Positions 37,335-46,261 of a stretch of 64,000 nucleotides of DNA are shown piece by piece; positions within the stretch are counted from its first letter, which is position 1; the number at the start of each line of letters is the position of its first letter. Position numbers and translations under genes: made by a program. Below the pieces are notes generated by a model. It worked only from the letters and a program-made list of their open reading frames with translations, searched no databases and was not told the origin of the DNA. The DNA comes from a virus. The stretch spans positions 32,001-96,000 of the IMG/VR virus record IMGVR_UViG_3300009161_000003; one strand, written 5' to 3'.

Positions 37335-37991
37335 CTACCAATCTGTGTTGGTTGATGAAGTAGTTGATGGTGAGTCAAAGCCTAGATAAAAGGCTTCTTG
37401 CTCTGCATAAGGAACTTTGCGAAGTGCAAGTTCAATTTGGAATGGCTCGATTCCAGACCAATCAAATGGTTCTTTATCTGGTGCTGCTGGAATCATTGTG
37501 TAATTTGTTTCAGTACCCTGACCATTACGCTTCATTTTCCAAACAACGTTTGAAATGCTACCAGTCTCAAGTGCATATTCACGAATTGTATTAAAAGATG
37601 ATTGCTTGCTGATTCCCATAGACCAAATGGCTACATATGGTTTTTCAATTCCATCATCTACTAGTACGTTACAGTAAAAGCGAAGACGACCACGCCATCC
37701 AGCCTTTGGGTCTTTACGGTGCATTTCTTCTGCCCAGTCACGACCTTCTGTGTCCATAGTGTCTACTGCTTTGCGCTTGTAATCTTTTGGATTTACGTGT
37801 TCTTTGACAACTAGAGAGAGTCCACGAGATGCACTATAATTTGCAGAGTCTTCGTCTAGTTCTTCAATAAAGCGAATCTTTACTGATTGTCCATCAGCAA
37901 GTTTAAGCCATCTTACCTTTGGTGAGTTTTCATCGTATTTTGGTTTGTCGAGCAGGGCGTTGATGTTTTTTAATCCCTTTACTACGCTCAT
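37335..37991 (-). CDS. single-stranded DNA-binding protein
   Basis: gp32-like WLKL.DG..V.IRF, R.G.GT.T.Y; acidic aromatic C-terminus; adjacent to dnaE. Confidence 0.65.
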   Translation of the reverse strand: MSVVKGLKNINALLDKPKYDENSPKVRWLKLADGQSVKIRFIEELDEDSANYSASRGLSLVVKEHVNPKDYKRKAVDTMDTEGRDWAEEMHRKDPKAGWRGRLRFYCNVLVDDGIEKPYVAIWSMGISKQSSFNTIREYALETGSISNVVWKMKRNGQGTETNYTMIPAAPDKEPFDWSGIEPFQIELALRKVPYAEQEAFYLGFDSPSTTSSTNTDW

Positions 37992-38005
37992 ATCTTTCTC
38001 CTTTT

Positions 38006-39469
38006 TTATATTGTTATTTTAAAATCATCATACTGCTCTGCAGCACTATTGATTTTTTCTACTATTTTATTATACTCTTCCAATTCATTTTTGTCAAATG
38101 AATCTTTAGAAACTTTAAAACTATTTCCAGCATATAAAGATATCCAACTGTACAATAGCCAAGAAGGTGGTTGCATCAAATAAGAAAAATTCTGTTTGTT
38201 TGTTTCCATATCATTAATAAATCTTTTTATATTATAATGTTCATATTCTGGCATTGGATGTTTTAGTAAAAATTCTGACCAAAAATTGGTATTAGTTTTG
38301 TTTGTAACATAATGCATATATAGATAGGTTGTTATTGATTGTGCCATTCGTTCATTTAAATCATTAAAATAATCTATTTCCATATCAGCAATAGTATTAT
38401 TAATATATTTATAGAAATAATTATCTAAAAATAAATATAATGCATTAATCATTCCTGATATTGCAGTAGCCTCCATTGGTTCAAAGAATGATGTAGAAAG
38501 TCCTATACCTAAACAATTATTTATTAATATTTTTTTTGCATAACCTGGAGTAAAGTTAAAAGTTTTTATAATTTCTAAATCTTTTCCAAAAAACTTATAG
38601 GCTTCTTTTATTGCATCATCTTCACTAATATAATTATTATCATAAACATATCCACAACCATATCTATTTTGTAGTGGAACTTTCCATGCCCAACCATAAT
38701 TCATTGCAATTGCTTGTGTATATGGAACTTCTTTGCCATCTAAAGGAAGTTTGCAGGCAATTGCTGATGTTGCTGGAAGAAATTTAGATGTGTCAATCCA
38801 CTCAACGTTATAAGTATTATCTAAAAATAATCTAGAAAATCCAGATGCATCAATTAAAAAATCTAGACTAATGCTTGTTTCATTATCTAATGATAATTCT
38901 ACAATATCACCATTATTATTTGTTTTAGTATCAACAACAATGGCATCAATAATTTCTATATTTTTTTTAACTACCTCATTTTCTAAAAAATCTCCAAGCA
39001 GTTTTGCATCTAAATGCAATGAGTATTCTTTTTTACTATTAATTGAATGAACTTTATTTTTATAAGATATCTGTGCATTTAAATTAATAGAATCTAAATT
39101 TCCATGTTCTTGCATTGCCATATGACAAAGTTTAAAAATATTAATATTATCATAAAAAGGACGATCTTCAAAAAAATTATTAAACCCATGAAACCATGAT
39201 TGGTTTTCATTGTTCCATCCAGAAAAAACAACACCATTTTTGATAGTTGCATTTGTATATTTAATTATATCTTCAACATCAAGTTTTAAATCTTTACAAA
39301 TTTTATGTATGCTTGTTGTTAACCCTTCGCCAGGTCCAAGAACTCCTATTTGTTTACTTCGCACCATTGTTATTTTTAACTTTGGATACCTTTTGTTTAA
39401 CAAAAGTGCACTTAAACAACCAGCAGTTCCTCCACCAACAACAACAACATTTTTAATATCTCTGATCAT
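38006..39469 (-). CDS. flavin-dependent halogenase (tryptophan halogenase family)
   Basis: VVGGGTAG, ATIKNG (catalytic Lys position), GWAWKVP (WxWxIP), FFEPMEAT; start MIRDIK at 39469. Confidence 0.88.
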   Translation of the reverse strand: MIRDIKNVVVVGGGTAGCLSALLLNKRYPKLKITMVRSKQIGVLGPGEGLTTSIHKICKDLKLDVEDIIKYTNATIKNGVVFSGWNNENQSWFHGFNNFFEDRPFYDNINIFKLCHMAMQEHGNLDSINLNAQISYKNKVHSINSKKEYSLHLDAKLLGDFLENEVVKKNIEIIDAIVVDTKTNNNGDIVELSLDNETSISLDFLIDASGFSRLFLDNTYNVEWIDTSKFLPATSAIACKLPLDGKEVPYTQAIAMNYGWAWKVPLQNRYGCGYVYDNNYISEDDAIKEAYKFFGKDLEIIKTFNFTPGYAKKILINNCLGIGLSTSFFEPMEATAISGMINALYLFLDNYFYKYINNTIADMEIDYFNDLNERMAQSITTYLYMHYVTNKTNTNFWSEFLLKHPMPEYEHYNIKRFINDMETNKQNFSYLMQPPSWLLYSWISLYAGNSFKVSKDSFDKNELEEYNKIVEKINSAAEQYDDFKITI

Positions 39470-39977
39470 AACCAACTTTATTGATCTGTTCTGCAGAAGG
39501 AATCCATGTTTCAGAATTTTCTTGAACACCATGACCTTCAACAATTCTATTAAAGAAATTAAAAGCAGAGCAAACTGCAACAGCATCTTTAACTTGTTCT
39601 TGTGTAAATCCAGCCTCATAGCATTCATCATATAATTTCTTAGTCATACTTGCTGGATGCTTGGTTAACTGTTCTACTAAATTAAAAATTGTCGTCAATC
39701 TATTTGGAGTTGATTGAATCCCACCATCTAAAATCTCAATCTCAGCATTTATTGATTCTGCAAAAACACGGTGCGATCCATAACAAAACCTACATCCATT
39801 TAGATATGATGTATATGCTGCAATAATTTCTCTATCTTGTGGAGACAATGATGAAGCCTCTCGCAAGACTTCTTGTGCAAATGAAAGCATCATCATATAT
39901 TTTTTTTGATTTTCCATAAAGACATCAACGATTGTTGAATTTTCTTTAATTGAATCAAACACATTTTTTACGCTCAC
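39453..39977 (-). CDS. AhpD/CMD-family peroxidase-related protein
   Basis: LS..DREIIAAYTS.LNGCRFCYGSH; FNFFNRIV. Confidence 0.88.
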   Translation of the reverse strand: MSVKNVFDSIKENSTIVDVFMENQKKYMMMLSFAQEVLREASSLSPQDREIIAAYTSYLNGCRFCYGSHRVFAESINAEIEILDGGIQSTPNRLTTIFNLVEQLTKHPASMTKKLYDECYEAGFTQEQVKDAVAVCSAFNFFNRIVEGHGVQENSETWIPSAEQINKVGYDQRY

Positions 39978-39979
39978 AA

Positions 39980-40924
39980 CTACCTCAACATTTCTAATAT
40001 AGAGTTATCAATCGAACTACTTAACTTAATTATATCAGAATCTTGCATATCTCCAATATCTTTATACTTGGTGTCTAACTGTATTATTGATACCCTCGAT
40101 TTTAATTTATCAATCATTTTTTTAGACATTGATTTTCCAGCCTCATCATTATCTGCTATTAGATAGATCTCATTGAAATATTTTTCTAACAACTCTACTT
40201 GGCTTTTTGAAATTGTTGCTCCAAGCGTAGCCACTGCTGGCATACCTACTTGATCTAATCTTATAGCATCAAAAGATGACTCTACAACATAGACTCTATC
40301 ATTTGCTTTTACCCTATGCAGATTAAACAAAGTTTTGCTTTTTGGAAGTCCTGGAGTATTCTTAAAATCTTTTCCTTCAACACTTCTACCCACAAAACCA
40401 ATTACCATTCCTTCTGGGGAGTGAACTGGAATTGTAACCATATCCTGCTTCTCTGAATAACCTAGATTAAACTTATTAACTGATGACTTAGTTACTAGTC
40501 TGCCATCAAAATATCTCATTGCTCTTGGTGATTCAAGTGCTTGTGAGTTCAGTCTCTTAATAATAACTTCATCATATTGAACAAATACAGGTGGGGTATA
40601 TAGTTGTTTTGCTACTATTTGAGTAATATCAGACTCTTGTTCTTTGCTTTTTATATACCGCAAACTTTCAAAATATGATCTGTTGCTCATCTTCATTACT
40701 AATTCTTGTAGGTTAGCAACTTGTTGGCATCCAAAACAAAAAAACAATCCACTTTCCTTTGATACTTCTCCAGCAGGAGTTCTGTTGTTATTATGATATG
40801 GACAGAAAATTATGTAGTCAGAATCTACTTCTGATTGTATTGTGATTCCAGAACCGATGAGAACTCTTTTAATTTGATCTTCTGTGTATATATCGGATTG
40901 TACCCGTCTGCCGCGATCATCCAT
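39980..40924 (-). CDS. dnaG: DNA primase
   Basis: CPYH...CFGC zinc finger; Toprim VVES.FD, ADNDEAG. Confidence 0.92.
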   Translation of the reverse strand: MDDRGRRVQSDIYTEDQIKRVLIGSGITIQSEVDSDYIIFCPYHNNNRTPAGEVSKESGLFFCFGCQQVANLQELVMKMSNRSYFESLRYIKSKEQESDITQIVAKQLYTPPVFVQYDEVIIKRLNSQALESPRAMRYFDGRLVTKSSVNKFNLGYSEKQDMVTIPVHSPEGMVIGFVGRSVEGKDFKNTPGLPKSKTLFNLHRVKANDRVYVVESSFDAIRLDQVGMPAVATLGATISKSQVELLEKYFNEIYLIADNDEAGKSMSKKMIDKLKSRVSIIQLDTKYKDIGDMQDSDIIKLSSSIDNSILEMLR

Positions 40925-41166
40925 TCAATATTCTTTTTCCCTACGTAGATTCCATATACCGTTAATTTAAATTCAAACCAGTCTTTGCTTTCATTATAGT
41001 ATACCGTAAAGTCTGGCTCTATGTCAATTCTTGGAACATAGGCACATTCTTTCATTTGTACTATTAATAATCTAATATACTCTTCTTTTAGCCTGTATAT
41101 GTTTGACTCATCTTTGATGTTGCCATCTAGTTTAAAACACTTTATAGGCTTATGATGAATAGACAC
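40825..41166 (-). CDS. hypothetical protein
   Basis: ORF between helicase and primase; TATAAT 5 nt before GTG. Confidence 0.6.
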   Translation of the reverse strand: MSIHHKPIKCFKLDGNIKDESNIYRLKEEYIRLLIVQMKECAYVPRIDIEPDFTVYYNESKDWFEFKLTVYGIYVGKKNIEWMIAADGYNPIYTQKIKLKEFSSVLESQYNQK

Positions 41167-41172
41167 ATCTTA

Positions 41173-42399
41173 TTATAACTGCTTATCTTCATAATCCTTG
41201 TAACGATAGTAACCTTTGTCAAAATCTACCTGTACTAAGAACTCACCCATAAAGCCATTTCTATTTTTTCTGAAGGCACATTCAATAATATCGCTGTTAG
41301 ATGCTCTGCCAAGAGCAATTACCCAGTCTGCATCATAGGCAATCTGTCTTGACCAAGCAGTTTGTCCAAGTGTTGGAACACTGCTAAGATCATTTACATC
41401 ATCTGGAGTTGCAGAAGATATTGCAATAATAGGAACTTCTTCTCCAATAGCCATTAATTTTAGTTCACGGGAAAGGTTTTTCATTCTTACTGTCTCATTG
41501 TCTGATTTTTGGTTTGGACTCATTAACTGTAAGTAGTCAACAATAACAAAATCTGGACGGTATTGATCTATTTTTCCACGTAGAACTGATGGACTTATCT
41601 CTCCACCCTGATCATTTGAAATGATATGAAATGGATTCTTTCCAGTAACCTTATCTTTGTGCCAAGTTTTAAACATTTCTGGTTCAATGTGGCCCTGACT
41701 AATTTTTCTATGTGACCAAAGGCCTTCACCCATAATTGTAAATACACGGTTTCTAACTTCAGTCTCGGACATTTCAAGGCTAATTACTAATGGGGTTTTG
41801 CCTTGCTTCCATGCTTGTACCGCAAAATAAAGAGCAAGCCACGACTTGCCAATGCCTGGATAGGCTAAAAAAACTCCCAGTTGGCCTGGAGCGATACCAC
41901 TTGGAAGATAGTTATCAAATCCTGGCAATCCAGTTTTAATCCCTGTAATCCCAGCCTCTTCCATTTTACGCAAATGATCAAAGTAGGCAGCAGCGGATTC
42001 AAAGTCAGTAGCATCAATATCTCTAACGGAGGATGTATTCTTTTTAAGTTCTGAGGTTTGAGTAATTAGAGAATCTAGGGCAACTACTGAATTGCCACTT
42101 TGTACTTCTCCTGCTGCAGATCTTAGGATTGTTTTAAGACTATCGTTTAAATAGTCACCCTGTAATTCTGAAAGGTGATGCTTCGTTGCTCCAATATCAT
42201 CGACTACTTCAAAATCTCTAAACTTTTCAATTACTAAAGATAGTGGTGGAACGGAACTGTTTGCCTCAAAGTATTTTCTAATGAATGTCCATACATCTAA
42301 ATGTGTTCGTAGAAGTCCGTCAACATTTGCTTGTAATAAAACATGAATCTGTTTATCTTTTAATACTGCATTTAATACTTTTGATTCAATGCTAGCCAT
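41173..42399 (-). CDS. dnaB: DnaB-like replicative helicase
   Basis: AYPGIGKS, SLEMS, VDYLQLM, KNRNG. Confidence 0.95.
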   Translation of the reverse strand: MASIESKVLNAVLKDKQIHVLLQANVDGLLRTHLDVWTFIRKYFEANSSVPPLSLVIEKFRDFEVVDDIGATKHHLSELQGDYLNDSLKTILRSAAGEVQSGNSVVALDSLITQTSELKKNTSSVRDIDATDFESAAAYFDHLRKMEEAGITGIKTGLPGFDNYLPSGIAPGQLGVFLAYPGIGKSWLALYFAVQAWKQGKTPLVISLEMSETEVRNRVFTIMGEGLWSHRKISQGHIEPEMFKTWHKDKVTGKNPFHIISNDQGGEISPSVLRGKIDQYRPDFVIVDYLQLMSPNQKSDNETVRMKNLSRELKLMAIGEEVPIIAISSATPDDVNDLSSVPTLGQTAWSRQIAYDADWVIALGRASNSDIIECAFRKNRNGFMGEFLVQVDFDKGYYRYKDYEDKQL

Positions 42400-42700
42400 T
42401 GAGCCACTCCTTTGCCATCAATCTTCTCTCTGCACGTTCTTTATCATCTTGATCTTTATCTTTTTTAGCCTTAATAATTTTTTCTGCCTGGTATGCAAAA
42501 GTATTCCAAGATGGACTCTCAGTAACCTTAAAATAGTATTCTAAAATATCGTAACATCCTTCAATTCCATACGACTGAATAAGAGCATCTGCTGCCCATT
42601 GTTCAACGTTAAGATTCATTGATGGCTTTACATCATATCTTTCTTTGTGGTATTTGCTATACCTTGAAAGCAAAGCCATTCGGTCTTTGCGCTCTGGCAT
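42392..42700 (-). CDS. hypothetical protein (possible helicase loader)
   Basis: Directly upstream of dnaB; function inferred from position only. Confidence 0.5.
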   Translation of the reverse strand: MPERKDRMALLSRYSKYHKERYDVKPSMNLNVEQWAADALIQSYGIEGCYDILEYYFKVTESPSWNTFAYQAEKIIKAKKDKDQDDKERAERRLMAKEWLNG

Positions 42701-42906
42701 TACTCAGAGATTTCTGCTTTGGCTTCGTTAATTTTGTCAGTTAACTTATCTTCAACAAACTTGTAAACACGTTCCATTGCTTCGTTAGTTGTCTCTCCAT
42801 CTTTCTTAGAGTCAACAACTCCAAGATCAAGTCTTAATGATTGGAAGTTTCCAAGATTAAGTGTGTAGCCTAAAGTTACAGAAACCTTAGTGTTATCGTT
42901 TTCCAT
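42700..42906 (-). CDS. conserved phage hypothetical protein
   Basis: LGYTLNLGNFQSLRLD motif. Confidence 0.75.
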   Translation of the reverse strand: MENDNTKVSVTLGYTLNLGNFQSLRLDLGVVDSKKDGETTNEAMERVYKFVEDKLTDKINEAKAEISE

Positions 42907-42925
42907 TTTACATCCATTCAGTTAG

Positions 42926-43468
42926 TTAGATACTCTCCGACCATATCGGAATAAAACGTCCATCTTCAGTTCTCGTATATGTAAGTATACCATCGCCCAT
43001 TCTCCTAGTCAACTCTTGTTTAGTGGGAGTCATGTTGTTTGTTACAAGGCCATCTTTTCTTGGTTGACCAATATGAATTGATGCCAATATGTCCCTTATT
43101 TCCCTTATGTGACTTTCTGAATAATAACATCTTATTTGCCAGCCACGCTTTCCACCTATGCTAGATCCTATTGGTGCTGGAATTGTTCCACGTTTAATAA
43201 GAGTAGGAATATATTTCTTATGTCTGTTAATAAGTATAGCAGTTTCTCCAATAGTATATGCCTTTTCTCTTTTCTTTTTAAATTCCGCAATAAAACAAGT
43301 TTCAATTCTATCTTTATTTATATTATAAAGCGCAACAATTCCGTCTGATCTGTTTCTGTGATGCACTTTGACTAAATCATTATTTAAAAACCAAATAGTT
43401 TTATTACCTGAAACTATAGCGGACTGATTGTAGTTTTGGCCCTCAATATTTCCTGTTGTAGAATCCAT
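42926..43468 (-). CDS. MerR-like HTH DNA-binding protein
   Basis: YTIGETA..INRH...G.IP.P...R.YSE..I..IR. Confidence 0.65.
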   Translation of the reverse strand: MDSTTGNIEGQNYNQSAIVSGNKTIWFLNNDLVKVHHRNRSDGIVALYNINKDRIETCFIAEFKKKREKAYTIGETAILINRHKKYIPTLIKRGTIPAPIGSSIGGKRGWQIRCYYSESHIREIRDILASIHIGQPRKDGLVTNNMTPTKQELTRRMGDGILTYTRTEDGRFIPIWSESI

Positions 43469-43602
43469 GATCCCTCTTTGCTGCTGTCTGGTGGATGGTA
43501 AAATTTTCTTTTACCACAAATTACACAATAAACTTCAATATGTTCTTTGGTGCTGTACTGTCTGTCAACAAAAACAATACCACCGCATCTTGAACATTTC
43601 AC
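43414..43602 (-). CDS. Zn-ribbon protein
   Basis: MKCSRCGG...CVICG. Confidence 0.7.
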   Translation of the reverse strand: MKCSRCGGIVFVDRQYSTKEHIEVYCVICGKRKFYHPPDSSKEGSWILQQEILRAKTTISPL

Positions 43603-44057
43603 TAATTTGAAGACCCAACCAAAGGTGCTTTTCCAATAGCAAGAATATTAATTTTTGTATTTGCAACTCCTTTAGTATTATATCTTACAAGAAAAGAAGC
43701 ATTTGTATTTGTAACTGATGTAATAACTACAGAAACATCTTGACCTGCTGCTGTTTTTTCACTATCAAAAGGAGTTGCAACCACCATTGGAGTATTTTGA
43801 AAGTTATAGGTAATTGAAAATGCTTCCTGTTGTCCTGCAGAAACATCTTTTGATGTACCAAGAACATATGTTTTTGCAAAAACAGCCATTGTATTGATTG
43901 ATCCTCCAGTAGGCTCTCCAGTTTCTGAAATAATTTTAAAAGTTCCATTACCCGAACTTGATAGCCTGTCAGAAAGTTCATTTACGGCTGCAACAATGTC
44001 ATAAACATACGAAACGTCTAAAGGTTGCCCTCTTTGCGGTACAATTAATCTTCCCAT
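43602..44057 (-). CDS. minor tail/tail-fibre-like protein (H-type-lectin-like C-terminus)
   Basis: F.NTPMVVAT...VT.T.A.F...INILAIG; end of the tail operon. Confidence 0.55.
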   Translation of the reverse strand: MGRLIVPQRGQPLDVSYVYDIVAAVNELSDRLSSSGNGTFKIISETGEPTGGSINTMAVFAKTYVLGTSKDVSAGQQEAFSITYNFQNTPMVVATPFDSEKTAAGQDVSVVITSVTNTNASFLVRYNTKGVANTKINILAIGKAPLVGSSN

Positions 44058-44081
44058 GATTCCTCCATTATATCATTTAAC

Positions 44082-44558
44082 TTACGGTATTGATATTACA
44101 CTACTCTCGTGTAAGGTTAACGCTGTAATTCTTTCTTTTGTGATTCCTTCTGGTTGAACCGCAATCCTTAATGTTGTTGCCGTTGTTGCCGTATTAGCAA
44201 AGGTGTAAGTTGTCGTGGCTGTATTTCCAGAAAGAGTTGTTTGATTGGTTGTTCCATGATAAGAATATGAGTCAGATCCATATTTAATAAAAATATCAAG
44301 TTTTCCTCTACCTCTAGAATCTACGGTTCTAATAGAAATTGTTCCTGCGGTAGGAGAAACAGTTACTGCATTTTTGGTAGTTTCTGCAGTAAGGCCATTT
44401 AGTGGAACGGAATCAACATAATAAATTTTAGACCATGCTGATGTTCTATTAAAGTCATCAGAAATAATTCTATATCTTAATACGTGTTTGTTGCTAGAAT
44501 TTACTGGTGGCAAATCTTTTTTTAATATTGTTATTTTTTTTATGCCTTTATCTACCAT
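44082..44558 (-). CDS. minor tail protein
   Basis: RYRIISDD.NRTSAWS FN3-like strand; position. Confidence 0.55.
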   Translation of the reverse strand: MVDKGIKKITILKKDLPPVNSSNKHVLRYRIISDDFNRTSAWSKIYYVDSVPLNGLTAETTKNAVTVSPTAGTISIRTVDSRGRGKLDIFIKYGSDSYSYHGTTNQTTLSGNTATTTYTFANTATTATTLRIAVQPEGITKERITALTLHESSVISIP

Positions 44559-45688
44559 TAAGAAATATCTCCAATAGTTCCAATATCTAAAGCCATTCTA
44601 AATTCAACATAGTTGTTTGTATTTGTAGATTTGGTAATTGGTTCTCCATCTGCATTTTTAACAACAGTATATCCAACCAGTCCATACAAAGGATTAACTG
44701 TGTTTATATTATCAAACCTAATTGCATCAAAAGCAATGTAGTGTGTGTTTACTTCGTTTCCTGAATCTACAACACATGAATAAATTTTTGCAGTTTTAAT
44801 TGTTGCCCAGGAAAACCCTTGCTCTAAAACAAAATTTCCTAATGTTTTTGAAATTGCAAAATATCTGTTAGTATTAAAATTAACTCCGCCTGCTCCGTCA
44901 ACTAAATCAACTAAACATCTTGCATACTTGTTATTACTGTCTATAAATTCTAAAATTATTTTAAGACTATCTGGGTTTGTATAACTGGAAGCATTTTTGT
45001 TTACAAGAGAAAATGCAATTTTAATTTGATCAGATAATGAATTTTGAGACAAATTAAGATTAAGTCCAGTTTTTTGTATGTGATACTGTCCTGTTAAACT
45101 AGAAGCAACATTTGTAATGTCTTTAATTTGACTATAATCTCCTTTTATAAAAATCATATTATTAAAAAATCTACATCTTTCATTTTTTTCATTTCTATTT
45201 GCTTTAAAAAATATAGAATTGTCTGCTGCTGCCTGAAAAACATTTAAGGCTGTTGCAATAATATTGTCATCTAGTGGATAGTCAAGGGATGTTGTAATTG
45301 GCGAAGTAACATTTTCAAAAGTAGTATTGCCGTATTGCCATTGTTCTTCTTCTGTAAATAATAATAATGGTCTGCTATCAAAGCCAGAAGCATCTGGATT
45401 ACCTCCCGCAGAAAAAATACCAATTTCAGTAATTTCATATCTTTCTGTTGTTGGAAGTTCTGAAGTAAATACTATTTTATTAACTCCATCTTCTTCTACA
45501 TATCCCCTTGAAGAAATGGGAACTCTAAACATTTCAAAGTCTAAAACCTCTTTAGTAGAATACTGTCCAAAAAATTGTCCAGTTGTTAATGGTTTAGCCC
45601 CACAACCAAAAGCCATATAAGATGCGTAGGCAGGCGTGATTCCTATTAAATATTTTGCAATAATATCTTTTCCTTTGTTAGTTATCAC
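44558..45688 (-). CDS. minor tail/baseplate protein
   Basis: MITNKGK..IAKYL, YMAFGCG, EIGIFS motifs typical of tail-collar domains. Confidence 0.65.
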   Translation of the reverse strand: MITNKGKDIIAKYLIGITPAYASYMAFGCGAKPLTTGQFFGQYSTKEVLDFEMFRVPISSRGYVEEDGVNKIVFTSELPTTERYEITEIGIFSAGGNPDASGFDSRPLLLFTEEEQWQYGNTTFENVTSPITTSLDYPLDDNIIATALNVFQAAADNSIFFKANRNEKNERCRFFNNMIFIKGDYSQIKDITNVASSLTGQYHIQKTGLNLNLSQNSLSDQIKIAFSLVNKNASSYTNPDSLKIILEFIDSNNKYARCLVDLVDGAGGVNFNTNRYFAISKTLGNFVLEQGFSWATIKTAKIYSCVVDSGNEVNTHYIAFDAIRFDNINTVNPLYGLVGYTVVKNADGEPITKSTNTNNYVEFRMALDIGTIGDIS

Positions 45689-46260
45689 GATTCCTCATTT
45701 CCAAGATTTGTCTTATATATTGTACCACTTTGAAGAGTTTCAATCTGAATATTTTCTCTTGGCCCTAAATTTATTGCTTCTATAACTATTGCGCCCATTG
45801 TTAGATCTGACACAATTATGCCACCTTGATCATTTCTATAAACATTTATTCCATCTGGTCCATTTCCCACATTTGGAACTTTTGTTTCTAATTTAATTGG
45901 AAAATTTAAAAAGTATTTGTCTGAAGTATCTTGCAATGCAATAATGTTTTTAGGGTTTAAGGCTCTTATTGTTTCTGCCATATTTGAAATTGGTTGATAA
46001 GAAATTGTGCCAGTATCTAATTTTGCACTATTTGTTAAAGATAGCAAGGCTACACCATTAATCTGTTCAAAAAAAATTAACTTAATAAAGTCTTGGTCTG
46101 GTTCTGCATCGCCTTCTTTATCTCTATTAAATTTAACATATTGTGGAGTTGCAATTTTTACTGGAGATTTTACAACTAAGTTAGGTGATAAATTAACAGA
46201 AGGTGGAACTGGCATTACTTCATATTCATATTGATACTCTCCATCTGAAATTAATGGCAC
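45685..46260 (-). CDS. minor tail protein
   Basis: Position; GTG start after GAGGTG. Confidence 0.55.
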   Translation of the reverse strand: MPLISDGEYQYEYEVMPVPPSVNLSPNLVVKSPVKIATPQYVKFNRDKEGDAEPDQDFIKLIFFEQINGVALLSLTNSAKLDTGTISYQPISNMAETIRALNPKNIIALQDTSDKYFLNFPIKLETKVPNVGNGPDGINVYRNDQGGIIVSDLTMGAIVIEAINLGPRENIQIETLQSGTIYKTNLGNEES

Positions 46261-46261
46261 G

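Noticed and set aside
39470-39631. N-terminal extension of the halogenase in the ORF track
   Set aside because: It overlaps the AhpD gene; the FAD motif begins right after Met at 39469.
26568-42399. Inteins or introns in terL, dnaE, recA, dnaB
   Set aside because: Lengths are normal, frames are continuous and no C...HN splice motifs are evident.
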